From the NCBI RefSeq assembly GCF_036321535.1, contig NC_087437.1, positions 108,502,001 through 108,566,000 on the forward strand: a stretch of DNA of 64,000 bases. The letters run 5' to 3'. Below the pieces are notes generated by a model. That model was not told the origin of the DNA. It did not search any database and was given only the letters and a program-made list of their open reading frames with translations. Positions within the stretch are counted from its first letter, which is position 1. Every line of letters begins with the position of its first letter. This DNA comes from Camelus dromedarius. Taxonomy: Eukaryota. Below are positions 1 through 12,985 of this stretch, in pieces. A program made the translations under genes and the position numbers.

Positions 1-469
1 TGTGCCTCATGAATTTTTTACTCAACAGTTATGGGATGTTGGATACTTACCGAATCAACTATTTCACTAATTTCTCCCTACGTTTGTTCACTAGAATATT
101 GTCTTGATTAAAAAGTGTTTTTATTGCCCTCTCTTTCTTCTCTCTCTCTCTCATTATGCCTGTTTTAAAACACCAATGTATTGTACTCGCTGTCAGTCTT
201 CTTTTTGTTGCTTTTTATTTTCCCCAAATAGGCCCCCTTTGACGTGATCTCATTAGCCTTCAAGTTTTTTCTTGTTTTCTGGTATAAGAAGATGACCCAG
301 GATTACCCTGAACTTGGCCCCAGACCGAAATCAGTAACTTCTCCATAGTTATTTTTATTCACCTTTAAAAATATCACTATTTTTATATTATCACTTTGGA
401 TTTCCTACTGACTGGAAGCAGCAGTATCATAACTGCTGATAGTACCATGTTTCTACCATTTTTGGAGCA

Positions 470-630
470 ACTGCTAAATGCTGAGAGGTTTTCTCATAGT
501 ATCTTGTGTAATCCTTGCAGGTGAGATAACTAATATTTTATTCATTTTACAAATTGAAAAATAGAGGCATAAGGAAATGAAGGAATTTGCTTAAGGTCAC
601 AGAATTATGCACAAATCTGAAGCCCACATT
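470..630 (-). mobile_element. MIR SINE fragment
   Basis: 'cattttacaaattgaaaaatagaggc...ttgcttaaggtcacag' matches the reverse complement of the MIR core. Confidence 0.7.
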
Positions 631-1508
631 CTCTTTTTGACTTTGCCAAGCTGTTTTCTCAGAGATTTACAGACAGGAACTACCTTAGGGGTTGATCTGG
701 TCTGAAAAGATTATATGTATAAACATTCAATGTCCAGTTATTGAGAAGGTGAAATGCTAAAACAATTAGACTTAAATTTTAATATCAAATTTCTAAAGTT
801 CATAATAAACCATTTGCCCAAAGAGCTGAAGGCTCAGTATATTGTCCCCTCAGAACATGTTTTCTTACTTGAAAATGGTAGTGCTTCAGGAATATGAAAA
901 GAAGTTCATGTCAAAGTTGTCTAACCAGCATTCGATTTATATTGGAGTAAATGCATACTGGTAAGGAAAGTGTCTCACGCCTCATCTGAACTGAATAAGT
1001 GATACTTTCCAGCATAATTAAATAGAAGAGTTAAAAAATTAGAGAATAAATTACACTAGATCATTTTCTACAAGTGATTTCCAAAAACATAATCAATGAC
1101 CACATTATCTTGATTGTGTTGTCATTTCTCAGGCATGAAAAACCCTCATATTCCTGTAATTAGGCGTATTTGCTTCAACCACCAAAGCCTTAATCTTTTG
1201 AAAGTCATGACCACAGCAACCACCTCGGGTCAATTTCTGCATGTAGAGAACAGTATGACCATTCCAGAAACACAGAAACCAAAAACCCTTCCATGATGCT
1301 CATCATACAACTTGTCACTATATAGTTTCTGATATTCTTTACAAGCCTGAGTGTTTTATGCTATATCTCTACATACAGCAAGTGCCTTGCACCTAATAGG
1401 TGCTTTAAGAACATTTATTAAATTATTAGAAAGCAGCAATTCAAGTACTCATCATAGTAGACAGAACATCCATATTGTATTACTTGATAAAGCCATTAAT
1501 TAAACAAA

Positions 1509-1876
1509 TGTTTATCAAATGTCTGTGTCCCTCCAAAATTCACATGTTGAAACTCTACGTCAGAATGTGTTGGTGTTAGGAGGAGGGGCTTTGGGGATGC
1601 AGTTAGGATTAGATGAGGTCCTGGAGCAGCACCCTCATGAATGGGATGAGCACCCTTTTAAGAGCTCCAAGAAAGCTTGCTTCTCTCTGCCCTTTGGGGC
1701 TACAATGAGAAGCTGGCCGTCTGCATCCTGGAAGCGGCTCCTCACCAGAACCCAATCACGCTGGCATTCGGATCTTGGACTTTCAGCCTCCAGAACTGTG
1801 AGAAATAAATTTCTGTTGTTTACAAATCACTCCATCTGTGGTATTTGTTACAGCGGCCCGGATGGATTAAGATACA
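1509..1876 (+). mobile_element. MaLR solo LTR (MLT1A-like)
   Basis: 'aatgtctgtgtccctccaaaattcacatgttgaa' start; 'cagcctccagaactgtgagaaataaatttctgttgttt...taagataca' end. Confidence 0.85.
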
Positions 1877-1902
1877 CATATAAGTGAAATCACACAGCAG
1901 AG

Positions 1903-2190
1903 CTTCAGTTATGCAACATAAATAAGTCTTAGAGATCTAATGTACAGCAATGTGACTATAGTTAACAATAGTGTATTGTACACTTGAAATTTGTAAAGAG
2001 GATACGATCTTAAGTGTTCTCACCACAAAGAAAGAAAAGAAACGGTGACTATGTGAGGTGAGAAATAGGCTAATTCATTTGACTGGGGTGATTATTTCAC
2101 AATGTACAAGTATATCAAAACTTCAGGTTGTATGCCTTAAATATGTGTACCTTCTACATGTCGATCAAACTTCAATAAAACTGAAAAATT
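1903..2190 (+). mobile_element. L1 3' end (L1MA/L1MB-like)
   Basis: 'gagatctaatgtacagc...gactatagttaacaata...ttcaataaaactgaaaaa' is typical L1M 3' UTR. Confidence 0.8.
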
Positions 2191-2619
2191 ATACAAAATA
2201 TTAATATTTTGGACTTTAAAATCATTGCATTCTACATTTTGTTTATACATAGTAATCCTGAAAGTAAACAATGGTGCATTGCATGCAGTTCTAACTATGC
2301 CTCTGGGTATCCACTGGGCATCTCTTGACCCTCCTATGCTAAATTTTTACTTTGAGTGGACAGTTACACCAACTACAGCTTGAAAAGGGCATAGGAATCA
2401 GGAGCAAGACAGCCCAGGATGACAGTCTCGGTCACATTAGAAGGCAAATTCCCTAAGTCAGAAAAGGATAATAGGAATCTTGGATGGGTGGTGAAGGAGA
2501 AGATAACAAATATCAGTTACAGCCGTGGAACTAGTCACGGGAAGAGAAATGACTAGAGCTCAGGCCACCAGACTGAAGGCTGGATGCAGTGGACTCCATG
2601 CAGTATATCTGAGCCACAG

Positions 2620-3095
2620 AGGAGTGGCCTTAGGGAACACCTAGCGCTCCTGCAGGATGCCTTGGATCCCTTTTCTGTGAGCCCCGCCTCCAACTTTGGT
2701 GCCTGTTTTCTCCCAATGGCTAGCACTTGGCACAGCTCTTTGAAGAACTGCCCTTAGGAGTTGCAGGCTTGCCTGCGGTCTTCCCAAGGACTGGGGAGTT
2801 TTCATCCCTTAGAAGCAGCCATTAGCTGATGATTAAGAAAGCTCCCCCCACCAAAAAAAACAGCAAGCCCAGCTCCCTGGCCTCCAGGAGAGACAAACTG
2901 AGGCTTAACCCACACACCAGACTTCCCTGCAGAATCAGGGAAACCTCTGCTCTCCTCCACAGCCCACTGGTTTGTCTCTATCCCTGTCCCACAGCTTCTC
3001 CTGCCCTTTTACTGAGTTCTCCTAGGAACACTCCCTAATAAATTATTTGCCACCAAAACTTGTCTCAACGTCCACTTTGGGAGTACCCACTCTAA
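2620..3095 (+). mobile_element. ERVL LTR (LTR16-like)
   Basis: 'cccagctccctggcctcc', 'aggaacactccctaataaatt...tgtctca...tttgggagtaccc' resemble the LTR16 family. Confidence 0.6.
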
Positions 3096-4503
3096 ATCAC
3101 CCTTCTTGGTCTCACTTTCAGGCAGCCCCCTAGAGACCCCCTTTCTAATTCGATAGTGACATAGGCAACCCCCTAGTGACTTAGCAAATGCCAATATGGC
3201 TTTCCAGAATACAGCCCGCAGAGTTTCCTCTCTTCCAAAATACTTCTATACTGAGGAAATATATACGTGTGCTTGTGTGTATTTTAAATGGCAAGGGAAA
3301 ATGAGATAAAACCTTTTAATCCTCTGGAATATTAATTGCTTTTGCTGAGAAGTGATCCCCTTTTCCCATTTCCTTCTTACTTGCATGACTCTGCAGCCTC
3401 AGGGCACTCTTTTGTTCTCTGAATGAGCTCATAATGCCACGATATCACTCTCACTGAGTGTTTAGTTTCGGAGGCTCAGTTGGAGCCTGCACTTGCAAGA
3501 AAACGTACTTTCCCTCTTGGTTCAAAAATGGGGTGACGGCAGCACTGTCTTCACAGCAGGGCTGGGATTCCACCTGGTGGAATCCAAGGGGCGTGTCTGC
3601 TGGCAGCCTGTCTGAGCTCGTCCACACAGCAACTTCCATTCACTCATGTGGTCCGGGCAAGCCGACTGCCACAGGGAGAGGTGAATCCAGCCCTTAGAAT
3701 TAAAGGATTCCATGGCTGGAAAGTCACACAAGCCACCCAGTCCAAGCCCTCACTTTCTGATAAGGAAAGTCACGTGAGGTTTTGGTGCCAGGTCTGAGTT
3801 TAGAACCAGGGTGTCCATACTCCCTGCCCACTTCGCTGCTGGAAGGGACTAGATTTTGTCTCTTTCCCTTGAAAGAGGCCCCTTCAAGTTTCTGCCCACG
3901 ACGGTAGTAATTTTTACCACTCCCTCTATGGGAAATCAGCTGGAGCTCTTCCAGATGAACCACAGTTTTGACTTCTCATTCAGCAAACGTCTACAGTGGG
4001 TGACGTTAGGCACATCCATTCTATACCACGTGGACCAGCAAGTGATCTAGTATATGAAATGCTCAGAGGCTGGCAGCCATTGCTACCCAATGTCATAAAG
4101 TGGGAACTCACTGAATCTAAGGCATGGCAGTTACATGGCCAGTTATGCTCCTGCGACCTGTACTAATGGCAATGTTATTTTTTTTCCTTTTACTTTCAAT
4201 AGAATATTGAAAGTTTCATTTAAAAGCAAATTTATAAACAGTAGACCACTTTGATGATTTTCCTTATTCCAAGTTCTAGAGCTCTCTTGAGTTGAGGTAG
4301 CCATTTTTATTAGTAATGAAAACAGTTATTATTCATAGTTATGAAGTAAATAATAAATATTTATTTTTTATTTAAAAGGATTGAGTTGAAAGCGACATTA
4401 TGAGATTTCAGTTTCAGCAGGATGTTAAACAGAAGTAGGGTTAAAAAAAGGAAGTAAACTGAACTTCTGGTCATTAATGGAAGTTATAATTTATAAAGCA
4501 CTC

Positions 4504-4968
4504 TGATGATTAATTTTATGTGGCAACTTGACTGGGCCACAGGTTGCTCAGATATTTGGTTAACTATTATTCTGAGTGTTTTTCTGAGGGTGTTTCTGGA
4601 TGAGATTAATAGTTGAATTTGTAGACTGAGTAAAGGAGCCTTTCCTCCCCAGTGTGGGTGGGCCTGATCAATCAGTTGAAGGCCTGAGTAGGATAAAAGG
4701 GCTGACCTTTCCCCAAACAAGGGGAACTCCTCCTGCCTGACTGCCTTCAGCTGAGATATCATTTTTTTCCTGCCATCAGACTCAAATTCAAATATTGGTT
4801 CTTCCTGGGTCTCCAGCTTGCAGATGAGAGATCTCGGGACTTAGCTTCCAGGATCACACGAGCCAGTTCCACATATCAAATATATATGGAATTGGATATA
4901 TGGGATATAAAGTTATAGGTAGACTTATATATCTTATTGTTTCTCTTTCTCTGGAGAATCCAAACACA
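4504..4968 (+). mobile_element. ERVL solo LTR (MLT2-like)
   Basis: 'gatgattaattttatgtggcaacttgactgggccac' start; 'tttctctggagaatcc' end. Confidence 0.85.
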
Positions 4969-4974
4969 AGCACC

Positions 4975-5140
4975 TTCGATGTGCCAAGAATTATTGTTAA
5001 TTTCACAACAAAGCAATAGGATACATATTATTACCCTCATTTTGCACATGAGAAAACAGAAACTATATAAGTTTTAATGACTTATCCCGAGACTTCACAG
5101 TAAAGAATATTTCCAGGGTTCACACCCAGGTCTGTCTGCT
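4975..5140 (-). mobile_element. MIR fragment
   Basis: 'attattaccctcattttgcacatgagaaaacaga...cacacccaggtctgtctg'. Confidence 0.65.
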
Positions 5141-6974
5141 GTCCAAGCCTGCACTCTGCATAAGAGTCCACCTCCCCGAAGCGTCACACCCTTTCCTTTC
5201 CAGTTTTACACAGGTCTTCCTGAAATGCCTTTGTGCACATTCCTGCTTTGGTAGTACAGTGGAGTGGTCAGGGTTGAAGGTTTCTTTGACGCATTGGGAC
5301 CACGATGTGCCTCAGGACTGTTGCTCCTGACTATGAATGTTTTTCATACAGGTTTGTGCACGTAACTCTTTTAAGAAAGGACTGCTGTCCTAAATCTGTC
5401 CTGACCACAGGATATGTCCTTGAATACATTCTTCCCACTGATTTTCAGGCATAGATCATGCAGATCGATATGTTGATGCACTGATGTTAACAAAAAGCAT
5501 GCATAAATTTAAACATACAAGCCTCGGTCTGCTCTCACTCATAGTCCCTCAGCATCTCCATGGAACCAAGTCAAGATTTCCATTTGAGAACCAAGAGCTT
5601 TGCAAAGGATCTCTGTTTGCATGTGGTAGGGTGCTGGATGTTTTGTCAGACACAAGACTTTCCTGGGCTCAATCGTCCAGATATTAATGCTGAGTTTCAA
5701 ATACAGTGTTAGCGGAAGATGGACAGATTGTTTCACTGTGTAGCAGTTTCATTCTGGGGAACTCTTTGAAGCCAAGGAGACGGATGCCTGCAACAGACAC
5801 AGAGTGCAAAGTGTGGTCAAGGATGGCACTCACGTGAGACTCTAGATATTTTCAACTTGGTTATTTTTAAGTTAAGTGTCTTCAAATATGTCAAAGATAT
5901 TTGTTCTAATTAAGAATAAAGGCCACGATGAGTTGGGATTTTTTTTTTAAGTAAGTCAATTTTTAAAAACAACTGAATACAGCTGGAAGATTTTGTTCAA
6001 TTATGAAAACCACATTTTTCCATCCTCATAAATGGCTAATCCAAATTTCTCCGTGTTTAAATACCGTGATACATATATGCATATCTAAATATCTGATCGG
6101 TATCAGTGTGACTAAATGTATGTATAATGTGTATGATTATGTATGAATATATGCATATCAAAACCAAGTTTGGGAAATGTTAATCCCAAGGTCAGTTTTA
6201 CATGGAAAATTCCAAATACTTCATTAATAAGTGCCATAACTAGAATGTTTTCATTCTGATGCCAAAACAGAGAAGCAGTAAAATTAGTTATGTTCTATTA
6301 AAGGTATTTGCAATATTTTAGACAAAGAAAATTGTCATCTTGACCTATTAGTGACTTTTCAAGTCTAATAAATTATCTTTGACCAACTTGTTAAAGCAAA
6401 ATTTCCGTGAAAACACTCACTTATACACACTCTTGTTTCAGGATTTAAAAAAAGAAGAAGAAAAGAAATTGCTTATTATCTTAGAAAGCAGTGTTGTTAA
6501 GTGACAATTGGAATATCCAGAAATTTACAAGTCTAGAAGGTGAACTTGGAGTTGTAAGAGACATACAAGACATAGTATTGCCATGTGGATAGCCATTCAA
6601 ACCCCAAACATTGGGAATTCATTCTGACCAGAGTATTTAAGGCTGGGAAAAACTGTGTAGATCAAAGATAAAGGTGATGATGTTAGAAAAGGTGTTATAT
6701 AAGACTGGAGAAAGTATGACATTTTTATGGAACAGTGAGCAAACTTTGACTAGAATTCAGTGTCCCAAGAAACAAGTCAATGAGTAGTCAGTTTTTTAAT
6801 ATGATATGGTACAAGTGGTACTTGAGAAAAACTAGGAAAAGTGATGTCATAATTATAAGCCAAAAAGAGGTCAGCTGGAAGGTTTCTGACACTCAAGACT
6901 AGGCTGGCTTTACCTGGTGTATGCCAACGCAGGACTCTGCTCGTCTTCATTTTATTTATCATGTTAAACTCACT

Positions 6975-7132
6975 TCTTCTGTGTCTACTTTTACCATTAG
7001 ACTGTAAACCTCATGGAGGCAGGAACTATTTCTCTCTTGTCACTGTAACCACTGTACCATCTAGTACACTGCTTGGCAGAATAGTATTTGCCTAATACAC
7101 AACTTTGAGTAAGGGAATAAAGAAAGGAATGA
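6975..7132 (+). mobile_element. L2 3' end
   Basis: 'cattagactgtaaacctcatggaggcagg...ctagtacactgcttggca'. Confidence 0.7.
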
Positions 7133-7599
7133 AGCTGTTACTGAATACAAGCCTATGAAATAATGAAGATTTGAACTACAGTGTTAGTTCAAATAGAAGA
7201 TTTCATAGACAAAAATACTGAAAAACTGAAAGTTAGGTTAATATGTTTTTATATAGAAAATGCAAGGAGGACTGAGACAAAAATATTAACAGTTTGCTTC
7301 TGGACAGAATTTAGGAATCCGCATAGTGCTCTTACAAATAACAGTTTTGAGCTACTCTGCCCCAGGTCTCTGGTCCCAATAGTCAAAATATGTTGATGTC
7401 AGGGACAAAATCAAAGACCTGAATTGCAGCACAGATTTAAAAGACACGATAAATCAGTTGTGGTCAAGTTGAATTTGAAAAGAAGGCAGACTATTGAAAT
7501 GTATATGTGTAGTAGTCACGTAAACATGGAACACTCAGGCAAAAGCACAGTCTAGAGAGATAAATTTATGATCTTTAAGCCATGAAAATCATAAGAAGC

Positions 7600-9146
7600 T
7601 TTCATGAAAATCAAATCAGTTTAATAAACATGTGTTCATTCTCTGATTATTAAAAATTCACTTTAAGGTAGGTATCAATTGCACGTGTCAACTTGTATAT
7701 TCAAGTAAACTAAAAACTCTTATTAGTCTCAAGGTTAATACCATTTTTAATTAAAAGACATGAATTTAGAAATGGAAGCAATGTCCTCAAATCCAAGTAA
7801 CAGTGCTCCTATGCTAATTCAGCTTGCTTACTAGTATCTACATTCCATTGTAAAGCATCATTATAAAATTGCACTTTCTTTAGAAAGGAAGAAATCCCTG
7901 ACTTTCCTCCAGGGGACAAGTACAATGCAGTGTTTTCTTCACAGTGGAAACATTTTCATGAAAAACCAACAAAACTAATGCCTATTTCTCACACACATTC
8001 ATTATGAAGCCCTTTTGATACATGTGAGCATGGAAGTAAAATTTGTACTCTCTCTCTCTCTCTCTCCACTTCTAGCTCTATCTCTTTCTTTCTCCAAGAA
8101 TTGAATCTGGAATCATTATGCTGTGTCCAATGATGTCCACAACTTTCTAAGCAAGTCGCACAATTGACTCAGAAAAGATGTATCATGTACAGTTTATAAA
8201 ATCAAAACTACTTAAGATGTCTATTCCTATCTATGACCTACAAACCTATCTATCCTTTAAACTATATTCAGATTCTCACAATCCGATTTTTTTATAGTTT
8301 CTATTACAGTGCTCTCACATGTTTTTCCAACTTTTAATGAAGGAGCTTATGTTTTGGTCAAGATTATTGCTTATAATTCACTTTTCTGGTTTTCAAACAC
8401 AGGGAAAAATTATTGAAACCTGTTCATCAATCACTTTGCAGCTTAACAAAACCTTGAAATGAAAAGTTTTCCAGAAGCTTTTAGAGTGAAAGATATGATC
8501 AAATGGCTTAAGCCAAAGTCACTTTTTTTTTTTAAGAAAAGCATGATAGGCAATTTGTAGAACAAAATGATGTATTTTTTTGGAAGAAAATGTCCTTAGA
8601 TAAATTAGATTAGAGTGCCATTTCATTGAAACACGAACCACTGGTATATGGAATTTAATAGATGCCATCTGACTTCAATCCCATCCAAGAAGTTGTTACT
8701 GGAAGCAGCATAAGCACACCCACAGGGCACCCGGCACGTGCCACAGCCATAGGTACAGAATTAGCTGAAACAGTAGCCTCTAAAGGTGGCATGAAAGCAG
8801 TTGTCTTTCGAGTTTTGAAATACTCTTGGACAGTGTGGTCTTTCCATCCTACACAGAATTCCATTTTAGAGCCTTTGCTAACTCTTTCCTCACCTTCGGA
8901 TGTTTCTCTGGAATATGTAGTTTCAGAAGGGCTCTTCTCGTCTACAGGGACAGATCTTAAATGTGGGGCAGGCATGCCCACCCAAGCGTAAGGAGGTGGA
9001 CCAATGATAATAATGAAGTCCTCTCCCCTTCCTCATTCAAAACTGGTTCTCCTGTTGGCTGGCTTCAGGTCCCACCCAGAGTGATTGCGTTCGGGTGATT
9101 CTTTGAAAAATCTGTAGGTCTTGACCCAGAATGGAGCAGGAGGATG
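7600..9146 (-). other. Candidate terminal exon of an unidentified minus-strand transcript
   Basis: Strong acceptor tttcatctcttcttctttcccag| at 9147/9146; about 1.5 kb without recognisable repeats; ATTAAA on minus at 7620-7625. Confidence 0.3.
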
Positions 9147-9198
9147 CTGGGAAAGAAGAAGAGATGAAAATAGATTCTTCAGGATTTTACTAGAGTCA

Positions 9199-9330
9199 TC
9201 TCTCTCTTCCCTTGACCTCTCTTGCTCCTCCTCCTCTTCCATCTCTTCCTCCTCCCTCTCCCCTACCTCTTCCTCCTCTTCTTCTCCCTCCCTTTCCCTC
9301 TTTTCCTCTCCTGCTCTCTCTCTCTCCCTT
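9199..9330. repeat. Polypyrimidine/polypurine low-complexity tract
   Basis: About 130 nt almost entirely C/T on +. Confidence 0.9.
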
Positions 9331-9753
9331 AAACCTCGAGATTAGAATGCAGGACCAGTGAAGGGAAGTGATGAGTCATAGTGCTGGGGACCATGAGCAC
9401 TTCAGCATCAGCACCAAAGTGTCAGCAGAAGAACAGGAGTGGACTGAGCCATAAAGTGCTACTCATTACAACAAATGAGTGTCAGAAACAAATGATGTAG
9501 GGGGGTTTGTTGGCCTCTGTGTTTATTTCAAAACTAGGAGCAGGAGCATTTTTATTTGGTCCCTTGTTTGAATTTGGTACCAGAAGACCAAGAGTGAAGT
9601 CGCTAGAATTATGACCCACCTGATATGGAGTCTTATTCTGCCTTCTGCAAGGCTGGGATCTTATCCACTAATACATTATAACTAGGCTCAAAATGGAAAG
9701 GCTTAACAATTGTTCTAATGTCATTAATACTATCTGTTTTCTAGGAACTGGAG

Positions 9754-10420
9754 CAGTGATCTCCAAAGCATGGCACATAAGTGACAGGAGATACAAACTA
9801 ACTCATTGAGACATGAGAACATGTAGGAAGTTATGTTGATTTTTATATTAAAAAGGAAAAAGTTAACTCAACAAATATTTGAAGTATAAATAATGGCATC
9901 TTCACTGGGTCCATATATCAGGTGCCACTCATCATGTTACGTGTATGAAATCTCCAGAGGGGACATATCATGACAAATAGAAGCTGGCAGCAGAACCTTC
10001 ACTCATTTGATCACTTCAACTTATTATGATCCAGTGTATCTAGACATAATTGCTCTAACACTCACAAAGTGGGAAGTAGCTTTAAAAGATTTGGGGGGAT
10101 TGAAGACACCACTAACAACACAAGCAACAAGGATATGGTAGCACTGACCCTCCTTCTACTTTGGGGACAAACTGTTTCTCAACCACATCATGAAATTTTT
10201 TTTAAAAATGACAATTTTTATCAGATATGACAAGAAACCCTGCAACTGAAATAATTAAAATTTATTTGAAATAAGGATTTACATCCACCAGTACTGGTAA
10301 TAAAATTGGCTTGAGTGTATTCACTAAAGATAATATGAATGGAGCCATCACAACAAGCAAGACATTTAAAAATATTGTTTACTTAATCTTATCCACTTTA
10401 GTTTCTATTTTGTGTTATTT
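9754..10420 (+). mobile_element. Degenerate hAT-Charlie DNA transposon with N-terminal transposase remnant
   Basis: 'cagtgatctccaaa' terminus; 'tatttgaaataaggatttaca' reads YLK*GFT and 'atggagccatcacaacaagcaagacattta' reads MEPSQQARHL, like Charlie/Buster BED-finger motifs. Confidence 0.5.
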
Positions 10421-10899
10421 TATATGAAAGGATTTCCACCCATATTTTAGACTTGAGAAGAAATTAGGGGTCTTGTATGAAGTTATTATTTTATAATAAT
10501 AATCTGTTAGATTTGTAAAAATTGTAGAGTTTTTTTTTATTTTATCATTTACAAAATTCTCTCTAAAACTTCTCAGATACGTGGCCATGCAGATTTTACA
10601 TGAAAATTTTCTGTGCTGGACACCCCTATTGTGGGACAGCTCAAAATTAAGAGAAAATTCCTTCTTTTAACAAATTAAATAGTGTGTTCTTATAATTTTT
10701 TTTTTCTATTTCCCAGTCATTCAAATACTTTTCAGGTTAAATATTACCTATTTCTCCTATAGCCTAATCCTTATGTCCTTTGATATTTGATTCTCATCTC
10801 CACATGGACTCCAGTTGCCTCTCTCCAAATCTAAGCACTCAAAAAACATCCTTCAGGAAGGTATCTAACCAGCATAGCAGGGAGTAAATAATTATTTTC

Positions 10900-11400
10900 C
10901 TTTTCATTTATTTCACAAATATTAAATAAGAAACTACCATGTGCCAAACACTCTTCAAGGCACTGAAGGTACAGGGATAACAAAATAGATAAACTCCTGT
11001 TCTTAGAGAGTTTAGACTCCAGTCAGGTGGCCATAGATAATTAGTAAAAAATTAAAAAGTAAAATATGACATGGACATAAGAGCCAGGCAAACAAGCACA
11101 GCAAGGAGATAGCACAGAGAGTGACTTAGTGGCCAATTTGAATTGGGTCTGGAATAGCCTTGTTGAGGAAGATTACATTTATGGAAGATCTGGAAAAAGA
11201 ACCTACCAGGCAGACACAGCTTGTGCAAAGGCCCTGTGGTAAGAATTAGTTTAGCCCTGAGGAACTGAAGCAAGGCAGGTAGGGCTGAAGTAGAGAGAAG
11301 AAGGGAGAAGAGTATAAAATGAGGCTGAAGAAGCAAACAGAGACCAAATAATAAAGGCCCTTGTATGTCACACTAAGAATCTGTAATTTTATGCTTTTTT
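10900..11400 (-). mobile_element. L2 3' portion
   Basis: 'ttcatttatttcacaaata...ctaccatgtgccaaacactc...tgtgcaaaggccctgtggt'. Confidence 0.75.
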
Positions 11401-12189
11401 TTAACTGAAGACTCTTAAAGGTGTCAAATAATTACCCAATCTCTCACTGCCCCTATTTCACATTCCATAACAATTTACTGCTGGGCTTCTAATCAGCCAA
11501 CCACTGACATAAGTTCTAGGACATGCCACCTCTAGTTACAATATTTCTTTCTCCTCTACCAAGCCTCTGACCACTGCCATGTGAGGAGACGCAAAAGTCA
11601 TTCCTCATGATCCAAAGAATCTGCTTTTTGTCACCCTAGCAACCTATCATGTGGCACTTTCTTATTCAATGCCTGGACAAAATAATATTTCTAAAAGTCT
11701 CCAATTAAAATTGTAAACTCTTCCTGGAAAAGGCAAAATAAAAAAGCTTAACCAATGTTTAATACTCTGTTATTTGGAATTCTTGAGTGTCTTAAATATA
11801 AAAATAAGAGGAAGAATGAAACCACGTGGTATCAAAATTAGAATCGGGATTTAAATTTTATAATATGACTGGTGCAATGAACACATTAAAATGAGTTTTG
11901 CTTGAAATATCACTCAAGAATTTCAAATCCCTCATAAGTCTCTCTCTCAGCCACTTCCCTTTTAAAAATAAAATGTTCAAGTTTTCATAACTTGCAACCT
12001 TATATCCACAAAAACAAAAATGTTTTTTGCTTGAACTTCTTACAAAAGGAATTTGCTGGCCTATTTTCTTATAATTACTGTGCACTCATCTCTTGATTAA
12101 TGGCTTATATGTTGATACATAATTCATAGCTGGTTTTATACTTCTAAATCATTGTCTATTATAAATAAAAGATTTGTGTCAAGACTCAC

Positions 12190-12312
12190 CTTGGAATCCT
12201 ATTTTGAATTGATTATTAGAAAAGTTAGGTTCACTGGTTAAATAGCGGTGACTCACAAGTAAACCTCCTTTAACTGTATATTTTGGATTGATCTTCTTTT
12301 TCCCTAACATTA
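12190..12312 (-). other. Candidate internal exon (123 nt, phase 1-1)
   Basis: ttttacacag| acceptor and CAAG|gtgagt donor; open as VMLGKKKINPKYTVKGGLLVSHRYLTSEPNFSNNQFKIGFQ. Confidence 0.25.
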
Positions 12313-12596
12313 CTGTGTAAAATGATATTGTTGGAAAAACAAGTTTTTATTCGGTCAGTGATCCTATAAACACTGTCCTATAACTCATCTTTGTACTTGC
12401 ATGAGAACACGGCCTTCAAGTGGGTACTTCTACTTTTTGACTGTATGTTGGTACACATCTCACTCAAAGCTAGTGACCATTTTTAACGCATCAGTATAAC
12501 AGTGGGAAATTAGACTTCAGTGCTTAAAATTTCTGTGCTTAAGTTTATACATAATAATAAACTAGCTTTCTGAAGGGATATTCCACGTACACTGGT

Positions 12597-12985
12597 TGTT
12601 ATAAGCTGAAAAATTTGTGTAAAGTCCTAGCTCCTAGGATCTCAGAACGTGACTGATTTTAGACATAGTGACTTTACAGAGGTAATTGTGCTAAAACGAA
12701 GTCGTTAAGGTGGGCCCTGGTCCAATGTGACTGATATCTTTATGGGAGGAAATTTGGACGTAGACACATACAGAGGGAAAACAATGTGAAGACAGCCTTC
12801 TATAAGCCAAGAAAGAGAAGCCTGGAGCAGATCTTTTTCCCTCAGCCCTCACAAAGAACCAGCCTTGTCAACACCTTGATTTCAGATTCCTAGCCTCCAA
12901 TACTTCCAGTGAGAAAATGCATTTCTGTTACTGAAACCACCCAGTCCATGGGACCTGACTCTGGCAGTCTTAGTAAACCAATGCA
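12597..12985 (+). mobile_element. MaLR solo LTR (MLT1B-like)
   Basis: 'ctcagaacgtgactg...gtgggccctggtccaatgtgactg...acaccttgatttcagattcctagcctcca'. Confidence 0.85.

Noticed and set aside
8655..8991. Overlapping 108/109-aa ORFs on both strands
   Set aside because: No recognisable domain; the minus ORF has a non-ATG start; fits UTR or chance
9033..9345. Glu-rich and Ser-rich ORFs
   Set aside because: Translations of the CT low-complexity tract
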